A stretch of DNA of 63,180 nucleotides, counting the filler, from Chiloscyllium plagiosum (taxonomy: Eukaryota), in the NCBI RefSeq assembly GCF_004010195.1. It is 5 parts of one record of this genome, joined end to end, with 100 filler letters (N's around TTAATTAATTAA, not from the genome) between each part and the next. Parts side by side here need not be neighbours in the genome. Positions count along the whole stretch, not along the records: positions 1 to 21,421 come from NC_057712.1; 4 more parts are not named here. One strand, 5' to 3'. This document shows, in pieces, positions 1-12,119 of this stretch. The position numbers and the translations under genes were made by a program. Position 1 is the first letter of the stretch. Each line of letters starts with the position of its first letter. The notes under the pieces are model-generated. The model saw only the letters and a list, made by a program, of their open reading frames with translations. It was not told the origin of the DNA and did no database searches.

Positions 1-78
1 CCTCCCCCCACCTTGTCTCAGTCAAATCCCTCGAACTCAGCACCGCCTTCCTAACTTACAATCTTCTTCCTGACCTCT
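1..78 (+). mobile_element. Probable Penelope-like element 3' region fragment
   Basis: Pyrimidine-rich cctcccccaccttgtctcag resembles the sequence following the PLE coding C-terminus at 35650-35675. Confidence 0.35.
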
Positions 79-535
79 TGTGGTGAAAGGGTTAAAATTA
101 TGTCCCAATACATGTGTGAATCTAACCGGAATGGAGGTGTTGCTTAGTCCCGTGTGAATCTTATTACACACCTCCCCGTGTGAATCTTCTTATCTGTATG
201 TAACCAGAATGGAATGTGTTTTTTCACATGAATGTTTATATCTGGAAAAGAGTATATCAGCTGGAAAAGTCTCCAGTTCGGTGAGTCTGCTCCGGGGTTA
301 CGTTTAACCGCCGAGCGTGGGTTGTTGGCAACCGCTCTACGAGAACTGACGGCTCCCAGTTCCGGTAACATGTAGAGTGAGTATAAGCCAGACCCGTTGT
401 AAGTATGAGACCTGGTTGTGGCGACGCTGCGGGGAATAAAAAGCTGAAGCATATTCTAGCAGACTCGCCTCTTGGTCGTTTGTTCTGTGTCAGACTACTC
501 TCCTACGAACCTGACCTTGAGAATTTTTTAAAACA
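79..535 (+). mobile_element. LTR-like element (solo LTR candidate)
   Basis: Starts TGTGGTG and ends AAACA; TATAA at 382, AATAAA at 435; CpG-richer than flanks; no TSD found. Confidence 0.5.
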
Positions 536-618
536 GTGCTTAAGCTAGGACAAATGTTCAGCACAACATCGTGGGCCAAAGGGCCTGTTCTGTGCTGTAT
601 TGTTCTATATGTTCTATG
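536..618 (+). mobile_element. CR1 LINE 3' terminus
   Basis: gggccaaagggcctgttctgtgctgta hairpin followed by a (gttctat)n tail, as in other CR1 ends here. Confidence 0.8.
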
Positions 619-3600
619 AACTTAGAGCATGGATCAGTACTTGGGGCTGTGATGTTGTGGCCATAACCGAGACATGGGTTTCACTGGGGCAGGAATGGTT
701 GCTGGATGTTCCAGGGTTTAGAATATTTAAAAAGATCAGTGGGCGGCACGGTGGCACAGTGGTTAGCACTGCTGCCTCACAGCGCCTGAGACCCGGGTTC
801 AATTCCCGCCTCAGGCGACTGACTGTGTGGAGTTTGCACGTTCTCCCTGTGTCTGCGTGGGTTTCCTCCGGGTGCTCCGGTTTCCTCCCACAGTCCAAAG
901 ATGTGCAGGGTCAGGTGAATTGGCCATGCTAAATTGCCTGTAGTGTTAGGCAAGGGGTAAATGTATGGGTGGGTTTCGCTTCGGCGGGTCGGTGTGGACT
1001 TGTTGGGCCGAAGGGCCTGTTTCCACACTGTAATGTAATCTAATCTAATCAGGGAGGGTGGAAAAAGAGGAGGGGGTGTAGCATTGTTAACCAGAGAGGG
1101 CATCACAGCTACAGAAATGAAGGTTGTTGAGGAAGGTTTATCTACTGAGTCAGTATGGGTGGGAGTTAGGAACAGCAAGGGAACAGCCGCAGCATTGGGG
1201 GTTTTAACAAACCCCATAATATCAGCAGAGAGATTAAAGATCTCATAGGCCGACAGATTCTGGAAAAATGCAGGTGTTGCAGGGTTGTTGTTATGGGTGA
1301 TTTCAACTTTCCCAATATTGACTGGAACCTCCTTAGTGCAGATGGTTTGGATGGAGCCGTTCTGTCAGGTGTGTTTAGGAGGGTTTCCTTACTCAGTATG
1401 TAAACAGACCGACGAGGGCAGAGGCCATTTTGGATTTGGTGCTCGGCAATGAGCCAGGACAGGTGTCAGATTTTGTGTCGGGAGAACACTTTGGGGACAG
1501 TGACCACAACTGCCTCACATTTAGCATAGCCTTGGAGAGGGAAAGGTGCAGTTACCGAGGGAAGATATTTAATTGACGCTATTAGACAGGAGTTGGGAAG
1601 TACAGATTGGTTGCAATTATTCCACAGAAAGGGCACAGCAGACATGTGGAGACTGTTTAAGGAGCAGTTGTTGCGAGTGATGCATGAATTTGTTCCTCTG
1701 AGACAGGTAAGGTGTAAGATTAAGGAACATTAGATGATGAGAACAGAGGAGCTTCTCATCAAAAGGAAGAAGGCAGCTTACGTAAGGTGGAGAAAGCAAT
1801 AATCTAGCACAGCTTTAGAGGATTACAGGCTTGCTAGAAAGGAGCTCAGAAATGGACTGAGGAAAGCCAGGAGGGGGCACGAAAAAGGCTTGGCAGGAAG
1901 GATTAGGGAGAACCCAAAGGCATTTTACTCATACGTGAGGAATAAGAGAATGATCAGGGAGAAGGTAGGGCCGATCAGGGATAGAGGAGGGAACTTGTGC
2001 GTGGAGTCTGAGCAGATAGGGGAAGCCCTAAATGAATATTTTGCTTCAGTTTTCACCAAGGAAAGGGACCTTGTTGTGAATGAGAACTTAGAAGAGCTGG
2101 GAAGTGGGCTTGAACAGATTGAGATTGAGGAAGTTCATGAGCTGGAAATTTTGGAAAACATTAAGATTGATAACTCCCCAGGGCCAGACCAGATTTATCC
2201 TCGGCTGCACCGGGAAACGAGAAAGGAGGTTGCTAAGCTGCTGGCAAGGATATTTGCGTCCTCACTCTCCACGTACCAGAGGATTGGAAGGAGGCAAATG
2301 TTGTTCCTCTTTTCAAGAAGGGTAACAGGGAAATCCCTGGCAATTACAGACCAGTCAGGCTTACGTCTGTGGTCAGCAAAGTTTTGGAAAGAATTCTGAG
2401 GGATAGGATTTATGACGATTTGGCAAAGCATAGTGTGGTTAAAGGCAGTCAGCATGGCTTTGTAAGGGGCAGGTCATGCCTCACAAATCTTATTTAGTTC
2501 TTTGAGGAGGTGTCAAGACAGGTTGATGAAGGTCAGGCAGTGGATGTGGTGTATGTGGACTTCATCAAGGCATTTGATAAGGTTTCCCACAATAGGCTCA
2601 TTCATAAAGTTAGGAGGCATCAGATACAAGGAGATTTGATTGTCTGGATTCAGAATTGATTCAGAGTGGTTGTCGATGGAAAGTATTCTGCCTGGAGGTC
2701 AGTGTTGAGTGGGGTCCCCGCAGGGCTCTGTTCTTGGGCCTCTTTCTTTGTAGTTTTTATAAATGACTTGGATGAGGAGGTTGAGGGGTGGGTTAGTAAA
2801 TTTGCAGATGACACAAAGGTTGGAGGTGTTGTCGATAGTATAGAGGGCTACTGCAGGCTGCAGCACGACATAAGCAGGATGCACAGCTGGGCTGAGAAAT
2901 GGCAGATTGAGTTCAACCTGGATAAATGCGAAGTGATGCATTTTGGAAGGTCGAACTCGAATGGTGAATAAAGGATTAAAGGCAGGATTCTTGGCAGTGT
3001 GGAGGAACAGAAGGATCTGGGTGTGCAAGTACATAGATCCCTCAAAGTTGCCACCCAAGTGGATAGGATTGTTAAGAAAGCATATGGTGTTTTGGCTTTT
3101 ATTAACAGGGGGATCGAGTTTAAGAGCTGCGAGGTTTTGCTGCAGCTCTACAAGTCCCTGGTCAGACCACACCTGGAATATTGTGTCCAGTTCTGGTCGC
3201 CCTACTACAGGAAAGATACAGAGGCTTTGGAGAGGGTGCAAAGAAGGTTTACCAGGATGCTGCCTGGACTGGAAGGCTTGCCTAATTAAGAGAGGTTGAC
3301 TAAGCTCGGACGTTTCTCTCTGGAGAGAAGGAGGAAGAGAGGTGACCTGATCGAAGTGTACAAGATAATGCATGGAATAGATAAAGTCAATAGCCAGAGA
3401 CTTTTCCCCAGGGCAGGATTGACTGGCACGAGGGGTCATAGTTTTAAGGTGTTAGGAGGGAGTTATAGAGGAGATGTCAGAGGCAGGTTCTTTACGCAGA
3501 GAGTTGTGAATGCTTGGAATGCATTGCCAGCGGTGGTGGTGGAAGCAGAGTCATTAGGGACATTTAAGCGACTGCTGGACATGGACATGACGGGTGCGTA

Positions 3601-3699
3601 GGTTAGGTTTTTTTATTTTACATTAGGATTAATCCTCGGCACAACATCGTGGGCCGAAGGGCTTGTTCTGTGCTGTACTTTTCTATGTTCTGTGTCCTA
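619..3699 (+). mobile_element. CR1 LINE, degenerate ORF2 (APE endonuclease + RT) to 3' tail
   Basis: [39 protein letters not shown] and FFTQRVV motifs in broken frames; 3' hairpin and ttctatg tail. Confidence 0.95.
740..1050 (+). mobile_element. HE1-type tRNA-derived V-SINE inserted in CR1
   Basis: A box tggcacagtgg, B box ggttcaattcc, V-domain gtggagtttgcacgttctcc, CR1-like tail with (taatc)n; atcag on both sides. Confidence 0.9.
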
Positions 3700-6007
3700 A
3701 GTATCCGAAATAAAGTATGTGAGCTTACAGCATGGATAGTTACCTGGGACTTCGATGTTGTGGCCATTTTGGAGAAATGGATAGAGCAGGGTGAGGAATC
3801 GATGTTTCAGGTTCCAGGGTTTAGATCTTTCATTAAGAACAGGCAAGGCGACAATAGAGGGAGAGGTGTGGTCTTGTTAGTCAAGGACAGTATAAAGGTG
3901 GCAGAAGGAACTTTTGACGAGGACTCGTCTACTGAGGTAGTGTGGGCTGAGGTTAGAAACAGGAGAGAGAGGGCATACTGTTGGGAGTTTTTTCTAGGCC
4001 TCCGCAGAGTTCCAGGGAGGTGGAGAGAGGATTGGCAAAATTATTCTGTGTAGGAGTGAAAGGAACAGGGTGGTCATTTTGGGGGGATTTAATGTACCCA
4101 ACATTGACTGGAAATGCTATAACTCTAGTACGCTGAATGGATCAGTTTTTGTCCAATGTGTACAGGAAGGTTTCCTGACACAGTATGTCGAAGGGCCGAC
4201 AAGAGGGGAGGCCACACTGGGTCTGGTGCTTGGTAATGAACCAGGCCAGGTGTTTGATATAGTTGTAGGTGAGCACTTTGGAGAGAGTGACCATAATTGG
4301 GTTATGTTTAGTTCAGCGATGGAAAGGGATAGGTACACACCACAGAACAAGAGTTATCGATGGGGCAAGGACAATTATAATGTGATTAAGCAAGAATTAG
4401 GATGCATAGAATGGGGTAGTAAAATGCAAGATTTTGGGACGATCATAATGTGGAGCTGGTTTAAGGAACAGATATTGCATGTCGTTGTTAGGTATGTCCC
4501 TGTCAGGCAGAGAGGAAGTGATAAGATAAGGGAACCGTGGTTTACTACAAAAATTGCATCTCTTATTAAGCGGAAGAGGGAGGCTTCTGTGACAATGAGG
4601 CAAGATGGTTCAGATGAGACGATGGAGAGTTACAGATCAGCTAGGAAGGGATTAAAGAGAGAGTTAAGAAGGACACGATAGGACACGAGCCGTCTTTAGC
4701 AATTAGAATAAAGGAGAACCCTAAAGCTTTCTATAGGTATGTGAGGAATAAAAGGATGACTAGGGTAGGAATAGGGCCAGTCAAAGACAGAAGTGGAAGT
4801 GCTAAATGAATATTTCTCATCAGTGTTCACTCAGGAAAAGGAGAATATTGTAGAGGAGAAGAATGAGGTACGAGATATTAGACTAGAAAGGATCGAGGTT
4901 AGTTACGAACAGGTGTTATCAATTCTAAAAGGAGTGAAAGTAGACAAGTCCCCTGGGCCGGATGGGATTTATCCGAGGATTCTCTGGGAACTAGGGAGGA
5001 GATAGCAGAGCCTTTGGCTTTGATCTTTGAGTCGTCATTGTCTACAGGTTTAGTACCTGAGGATTGGAGGATTGCAAATGTTGTGCCCTTGCTCTCTTGA
5101 GTAGAGAGCAGTACCTGGGCAGTAGAGGTGACCCAGGTAATTATAGACCAGTGAACCTTACTTCTGACGTAGGAAAGGATTTGGAAAGGATTATAAGAGA
5201 TAGGATTTATAATCATCTGGCAAGCAACAATTTGATTTCAGATCGTCAACGTGGTTTTGTCAAGGGCAGGTCGTGTCTCACAAACCTCACTGAGTTTTTT
5301 GAGAAGGTGACCAAGCATATAGATGAGGGCAGGGCAATTGATGTGGTATACATGGACTTCAGTAAAGCCTTTGGTAAGGTTCCACATGGTAGGTTGTTGG
5401 AGAAAATGCAGAGGCATGAAATTGAGGGTGATTTAGCAGTTTGGATTAGAAACTGGCTTTCTGAAAGAAGGCAGCGAGTGGTGGTTGATGGAAAATATTC
5501 AGCCTGGAGTCCAGTTACTATTGGTGTGCCACAAGGGTCTGTTTTGGGACCACTGCTGTTTGTCATTTTTATAAATGACTTAGACGCAGGCATAGGTGGA
5601 TGGATTAGTAAATTTGCAGATAACACTAAAGTAGGTGGACAGTTTGGAAGAATGTTACAGGTTGCAGGGGGATTTGGATAAACTTCAGAATTGGGCTGAG
5701 AGGTGGCAAATGGAGATCAATGCAGCTAAATGTGAGGTGTTCACTTTGGGAAGTTTCACTGGTAGAGGGATTGGGTTCTGGAGCCATAATGTCATGCTGC
5801 AACTATACAAAATGCTAGTGCGGTCGCACTTGGAATATTGTGTACAGTTCTGGTTACAGGAAGGATGTGGAAGCATTGGAAAATGTGCAGAGGAGATTTA
5901 CCAGGATGTTGCCTGTTCTGGAAAGAAGGTCTTGTGAGGAAAGGCTGAGAGACTCTGGTACTTTCTCTTTGGAAAGAAGGCAGCGAAGAGGGGATTTGAT
6001 AGAGACA

Positions 6008-6217
6008 GAGGAGAAAGTGAGGTCTGCAGATGCTGGAGATCAGAGATGGAAATGTGTTGCTGGAAAAGCGCAGCAGGTCAGGCAGCATCTAGGGAACAGG
6101 AGAATCAACGTTTCGGGCATTAGCCCTTCCTGAAGAAGGGCTAATGCCCGAAACGTCGATTCTCCTGTTCCCAGATGCTGCCTGACCTGCTGCGCTTTTC
6201 CAGCAACACATTTCCAT
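6008..6217. mobile_element. Palindromic PLE-terminal mini-element (family 1)
   Basis: Inverted arms; 14-bp TSD atttgatagagaca at 5994-6007 and 6218-6231. Confidence 0.85.
6130..6157 (+). ncRNA. Minimal type I hammerhead ribozyme core
   Basis: CTGAAGA-A-GGGC-TAAT-GCCC-GAAA-CGTC. Confidence 0.7.
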
Positions 6218-6509
6218 ATTTGATAGAGACATACAAGATGATCAGAGGATTAGATAGAGTAGACAGTCAAAGTCTTTTTTCCTTGGATGATGACATTAGC
6301 TTATACGAGGGGTCATAACTACAAATTGAGGGGTGATAGGTTTAGGACAGATGCTAGGGGCAGGTTCTTTACTCAGAGTGTGGTAAGGGTGTGGAATGCC
6401 CTACCTGCCAATGTAGTTCAGCCACATTAGAGTGATTTAAACAATCCTTGGATAAGCACATGGATGATGATTGGATAGTGTAGGGGGATGGGCTTAGATT
6501 AGTTCACAG

Positions 6510-6641
6510 TTTAGATCAAAGTGGTGCTGGAAATGCACATCAGGTCAGGCAGCATCCGAGGAGCAGGGAAATCGATGTTGATTTTCCAGCACCACTCTGA
6601 TCAAAACTCTGATTTCCAGCATCAGCAGTCCTCACTTTTGC
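6510..6641. mobile_element. Palindromic PLE mini-element lacking the ribozyme core
   Basis: Inverted gtggtgctggaaa / tttccagcaccac arms; TSD cttagattagttcacag at 6493-6509 and 6642-6658. Confidence 0.8.
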
Positions 6642-6734
6642 CTTAGATTAGTTCACAGGTTGGTGCAACATCGAGGGCCAAAGGGCCTGTTCTGCGCTTT
6701 ATTGTTCTATGTTCTATGGAGATGAACCAAATGA

Positions 6735-7300
6735 CTGGGATAACCTGCTGGGTATAAGAATCGCATGCCTAGGGTCTAACCAAAGTAATAAATAATCTAA
6801 AACTGTTCAAACTAATTAAGGTAGAGAGGTCATAAGTTATCAAAGTGACGGTGTCAGAACATAACAGGAAGGAAGATTTTACAGATGCAGAACAGCATGG
6901 TGGGGTCACATGAAGCATGACCTGGTTGAGGCCATCTTCGTGGGTATGGAACTTGGCTATCAGTCTCTGCTCAGTGATTCTGTGTTGTTGTGTACCTCGA
7001 AGGAAATGCTTACCTGAAGATCGGAGGCTCAATGTCCCTGACCACTGAAGTGTTCCCCAACTAGGAGGGGACATTTATGTCTGGTGATTGTTGCACGAGG
7101 TCCATTCATCTGTTATTGTGGCATCTACATGGTCTTACCAATATGCCATGCCTTGGGGCATCCTTGCCTGCAGCATATGAGGTAGACACATTGGCCGAGT
7201 CACGTGAGTATCTACCATGTATATGGTGGGTGATAGTCCCACATGCAATGGTAGTATCCATCTGACATGTCTTGCAGAGGTCACAGGTCTGTGACATGGA
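6735..7300 (-). mobile_element. Penelope-like element fragment: Cys linker + GIY-YIG endonuclease + 3' region
   Basis: CDLCKTC, frameshifted SANVxYLICCRQGCPKAWHIGKT, and EQRLIAKFHTHEDGLN C-terminus. Confidence 0.8.
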
Positions 7301-7334
7301 AGTTAGAGTGGATACCTGGTGACTTCATCTCACT

Positions 7335-7550
7335 GGAGAAAGTGAGGACTGCAGATGCTGGAGATCAGAGCTGAAAATGTGTTGCTGGAAAAGCACAGCA
7401 GGTCAGGCAGCATCCAAGGAACATGAGAATCGACCTTTCGGGCATGAGCCCTTCTTCAGGAAGAAGGGCTCATGCCTGAAACGTCGATTCTCCTGTTCCC
7501 TGGATGCTGCCTGACCTGCTGTGCTTTTACAGCAACACATTTTCAGCAGC
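7335..7550. mobile_element. Palindromic PLE mini-element (family 1)
   Basis: Inverted arms meeting at the hammerhead motif; 14-bp TSD gacttcatctcact at 7321-7334 and 7551-7564. Confidence 0.85.
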
Positions 7551-7960
7551 GACTTCATCTCACTACATGATCCAACCAACCTCCAGGTTAGTGACCATGT
7601 AACAGGATCTCAGGGCACCTTCCATGGGCAGAAAGCCACACTCACCCCATGCCCATGTCCATGGAATTGGCATCTGTCACTTGCCAGCCTCTAAGAATCA
7701 TCAAGCATATCTCTGGTACTTCAGTGTTACAACTCAAGTTGCAACAGCTGCTCTCATTGTAAAGCTACAGCAAGGGCACTGTGCTCTCAGGAACATGTGC
7801 TTAGCTCATGGACTGGAATAAATAGCATCTTCTGGCTATTTGTTTACATTCTTAGAGCTCACTCATTTAAATCTGATCTGGATGCTCACAGAACCCCTGC
7901 TCTGCCATGATTTGTTGTCCTGCTTTTGGTAAAAGTCCTGATTACTCCCATGTTTTGTAG

Positions 7961-8160
7961 GACAGTGATTTCCAAAAGAAGATTGATTATGAAATCCGAA
8001 TGCGAGCTGGGACGTGCAAACTGTTGGCAGCCTGTACACAGAGAGAGCAAGCACTGGAGGCAGCGAAGAGCCTAATGATCTGCAACACTCGCATAATGGC
8101 CTACATGTCAGAATTGCAAAGAATGAAGGAAGCTCAGGTCAGACAGCGGAGAGTCAGACG
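7961..8160 (+). CDS. RTKN: Rhotekin internal exon (HR1/Rho-binding domain)
   Basis: tttgtag acceptor and gtaagt donor; 200 bp encoding DSDFQKKIDYEIRMRAGTCKLLAACTQREQALEAAKSLMICNTRIMAYMSELQRMKEAQVRQRRVR, resembling the recalled rhotekin EIRMREGACKLLAACSQREQALEA. Confidence 0.9.
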
Positions 8161-8309
8161 GTAAGTAACTACATTTACACCAAAGAATGCTTTAGGAGTT
8201 TGAGGAGTGAGTTCCAGTTGAATCACTTCTTGAAATTATGGAAAATAGAGGGAATTTGGCCAAATGTTTTCAGAGTGAAGTGCACATACCTTAGATTACC
8301 ATCAGCAGT

Positions 8310-8650
8310 AGGGGAGGTGATAGGTTAGTGGTGTTATCACTGGACTGTTAGTCAAGAGACCGAGGTAAAGTTCTGAGGACCCAAGTTTGAATGCCATCAC
8401 AACAGATGGTGAACTGTCAATTCAATAAAAGTCTGGAATTAAGAGTCGAATGATGACTGTGAATCTATTTCCAGTTGTCAGAAAAACCCATCTGATTCAC
8501 TAATGTCCTTTAGGGAAGGAAGCTGCCACCTTTACCTGACCTGGCCAATATGTATTTATAAGTCCAAAGAAATGTGGTTGACTCCTAGCTACCCTCTGGG
8601 ATGGGCAATAAATGTTGGCCTAGCCAGCAATACCCTCATCCTATGAATAA
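8310..8650 (+). mobile_element. tRNA-derived SINE, second family
   Basis: Degenerate tRNA head, body aaaacccatctgattcactaatgtcctttagggaagg, tail atcctatgaataaa; antiparallel copy at 45241-45810. Confidence 0.7.
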
Positions 8651-8663
8651 AGTTTTTAAAAAT

Positions 8664-8930
8664 TAGAACAGAGAACATTCCAGTGCAGTACAGGCCCTTC
8701 AGCCCTCGATGTTGTACCAACCTATGGAACCAATCTGAAGCCCATCTATCCTACACTATTCCATTTTCATTCATATGTCTATCCAATGCCCATTTAAATT
8801 CCCTTAAAGTTGGTGAGTCTACTCCTGTTGCAGGCGGGCCATTCCACGCCCCTACTACTCGCTGAATAAAGAAACTACCTCTGACATTTGTCTTATATCT
8901 ATCACCCCTGAACTTAAAGCTATATCCTCT
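8664..8930 (-). mobile_element. CR1 3' fragment
   Basis: Reverse complement of the CR1 tail/hairpin and FFxQRVV region. Confidence 0.85.
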
Positions 8931-10700
8931 CAGGGAGAAGTGCCAAAGGACTGGAGATCGGCTAAGGTTGTTCTGCTTTTTAAGAAAGGTGGCAGAAATG
9001 AACCAGGAAATGACAGACCAGTTCAGTGGTTGGGAAGCTATTGGAGAAAACTCTGAAGGAGCAAATTAATATCTACTTGAAAAAGTTTGGGTTAATTAGG
9101 GATAGTTAGCATGGCTACATCAGAGAAGGGTCATGCCTAATACATTTGTTAGAATCTTTCAAAGTTGTGTTCAAGTGTGTGGATGAGGGAAGTTCAGTTG
9201 ATGTAGTTTATGTGGATTTTAGCAAAACTTTTGACAAGGTCCCACATGGCAAACTGAAAAGATTAAAGCACATGGAATTAAGGGAAACTTGGTGAGACTG
9301 ATCAGAAACTGCCCTAGCAGTAGGACAGAAAGTGTAGTGGTAGAGGGCTGTTTCAGTGACTGGACGCCGGTGTCCAGTGGTGTGCCACAAGGATCGGTAC
9401 TGGGACCCTTCTTGTTTGCTATATCTTTGATATAAATGAAAATGTGGGGAAATGTTAAACAAGTTTTCAGACAACACCAAGCTTGGTAGAATGGTTAGTA
9501 GCGAAGAAGGTGATTGTAGGTTACCGGAAGCTCTAGATGGGTCAGATGGGCAGGCCAGTGGCAGATAGTATTTAACCCTGATAACTGCAAGGTGTTACAC
9601 GTTGGAAGAAGAAACAAGATAAGAGAATATTTAATGAATGACAGGACACTGGGTACCTTAGAGCACAGGGATCTTGGGGGGTAATTATTCACAGATCTCT
9701 GAAGTTGGCAAAGCATGTGAACAGGATAGTTAAGGCATTAGGAACACTTGCTTTTGTCAGTTGTGGCATAGAGTAGAAGAGTAAGGAGGTAATGTTGGAG
9801 TTATACAGAGCATTGATCAGGCCACAGCTGCAGTACTGTGTGCACCTCACTACAGGAACGATGTGATAGCACTAGAAGGGGTACAATGGAGGTTCGTTAG
9901 GATGTTGCTTGGGATGGAGAAATTGTGTTGTAAGGAGATGCCAGATTGGCTTGATTGTTTTCTTAGAGACAAAAGAACTGCAGATGTTTTTGTTTGACAG
10001 CAGAAAGACTGAGGGGGATATGATTGAGGTGTTATAAGATTATGAGGAGTATGGACAGGGTGAATAGGAAGCAGCATGGCTTAGTGGTTAGCACTGCTGC
10101 CTCACAGCGCCTGAGACCCGGGTTCAATTCCCGCCTCAGGGGAGTGTGGAGTTTGCACGTTCTCCCCGTGTCTGTGTGTGTTTCCTCCGGGTGCTCCGGT
10201 TTCCTCCCACAATCCAAAGATGTGCAGGTTAGGGTGAATTTGACAAGCTAAATTGTCCGTAGTGTTAGGTGCATTAGTTGGGGTAAATGTAGGGAAATGT
10301 TGCTGGGTGGGTTAAACTTTGGCTGGTCGGTTTGAACCTGTTGTGCCAAAGGGCCTGTTTCCACACTGTAGGGAAGCTAATCTAATCTATCCCCCTTGGT
10401 TGAGTGGCCAAGCATAAAAGGGCATGATATTTGAGTAAGGGGCAGGCGTTTCAGAGGGGATTTGGGAAGAATTGTTTTCACTCAGAGAGTGGTGGGAATC
10501 TGGAATGCACTGCCTGGGAAGGGAGTGGAGGCTGGAAATCTTACAACCTTTAAAAAACTTTGAATGACCACTGCAAAAATCATAACATTGATAAATATGG
10601 GGCAAATGCAGGAAATTGGGATTAGTGTGCCTTTAGTGATAGTTAAATTGGTGCAGACTCAATGGGCACAAGGACTTTTTCTACCCTGCATGACTCTATG
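8931..10700 (+). mobile_element. CR1 RT to 3' region, degenerate
   Basis: DFSKxFDKVPH and GVPQGSVLG remnants; 3' tail gactctatga. Confidence 0.85.
10071..10388 (+). mobile_element. HE1-type V-SINE
   Basis: Closely similar to 740-1050. Confidence 0.9.
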
Positions 10701-10745
10701 AGATGACAAAGAGAGAGAGAGAGAGAATAAGAGCATAAGGAGGGC

Positions 10746-11663
10746 GTTATGATGTGGGAAAGGTGGTGGGCTCATCTTCCTCTTCACTTCTCAGATGTCA
10801 AGTAGGATTGTTTTCAACTCCTCTGAGTGTTGAGACTGTTAGACATGAGACAGGCTTTCTTGAAGCTCAAATGAGTAAGAAAGATAAATGTTTATTTAAA
10901 CAGCGTTCCAGGATTTAAAAGTGGTGTACACACATTCCCTTTAGTACGCAGACACACAGAGAAAATGATCAATTATAGAGATGAGTCATGCACTCAGTTG
11001 TTAGCAGAATAACAAGAAGCAAAAACATATGATTAAATCAGTCCTTTATTTGAGATGTATCACTGCAGTCCTCTATAATTTTACCTTGACTTTCTTTGAA
11101 GATTGAAAAAGAGTTGGGCATCTCTGGGCTTCCGGACCAATTTGTGGCTGAGTTTCTGTGGAGACAAATGTTTGCCAGTGAAGACAATTCAGATGCTCCC
11201 TAATAACCTGGGATAACTGGTTGTATTGGACAGGAATCATTTCTTGATCTCCAGACTTGCTATTCTCTGGTTTGTTCTTGGCAGAGATTGATTTGTTGTC
11301 GAAAGTCACATCAATCGTGTGCATTGTCGACAAAAATGATTCAAAACTAGAAGCCGTTATTACATCATGAGGAATGAATGGTGAATGATCATGTGCTGAC
11401 GTGATGAGCCTGTTTTCTCTGCTTGTCTGTTTGTAAGTTTCAAGCTTGCAGGCATGAGATTGGAGGAAACCATAAAATTTGAGACTTGGTAAATACTCAG
11501 ACATTCAATTCTCACAAGTGATTTTTTTTATCCAGAATGTCAATTCAAGAGAGACCTAAGTCCTAATGTCATTTATATTTTATTGATTGAGGAGCAGAAA
11601 TGGCCTCTTTAAAATGTAGCCCCAATCAATAAAATTATGTTCAATTTTGTTACATCTCATAAC
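10746..11663. mobile_element. Unclassified insert with short terminal inverted repeats (LTR-like)
   Basis: gttatga ... tcataac ends; non-coding; no TSD. Confidence 0.35.
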
Positions 11664-11765
11664 TCCACATTCCTGAAATCCTCACGTATCAAGAATCTAC
11701 CTCGGCCTTAAAAATATTCAAGGACTCTGCCTCTACCATCTTATCAGGAAAAGAGTTCCAAGACT

Positions 11766-12000
11766 AAGGGGTGGTAGGTATAGGACAGATGTTAGGGGTA
11801 GGTTCTTTACTCAGCGAGTCGTGAGTTCATGGAATGCCCTGCCAGTAGCAGTGGTGGACTCTCCCTCTTTATGGGCATTTAAACGGGCATTGGATAGGCA
11901 TATGGAGGATAGTGGGCTAGTGTAGGTTAGGTGGGCTTGGATCGGCGCAACATCGAGGGCCGAAGGGCCTGTACTGCGCTGTATTTTTCTATGTTCTATG
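11766..12000 (+). mobile_element. CR1 3' end inserted in an antisense CR1 fragment
   Basis: Near-identical to 50780-51024; hairpin and ttctatg tail. Confidence 0.85.
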
Positions 12001-12119
12001 ACTCTTGATCTGCTGAGAGAAATAAAAATTCATCTCCTTTTTTCGAATGAGCAACTGATGATTTTCATGACTGCACATGAAATTACCTTTCCTTTATCCA
12101 GTGGATACAAGCCTGTCAT

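Larger units (their letters stand above)
3700..6718 (+). mobile_element. CR1 LINE, degenerate ORF2 to 3' tail
   Basis: [33 protein letters not shown] motifs; gttctatgttctatg tail. Confidence 0.95.

Noticed and set aside
740..815. tRNA gene
   Set aside because: The A/B boxes run into a SINE body and LINE-like tail, so this is a SINE head
2699..3439. 246-aa antisense ORF and similar ORFs opposite CR1 RT
   Set aside because: Shadow frames of CR1 ORF2 with no independent coding evidence
8014..8328. 104-aa ORF from the track
   Set aside because: It is an alternative frame over the RTKN exon that reads into the intron
10709..10726. (GA)n tracts here and at about 41770-41800
   Set aside because: Ordinary short microsatellites
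11073..11504. 143-aa ORF
   Set aside because: No recognisable motif; lies within the unclassified insert; likely chance
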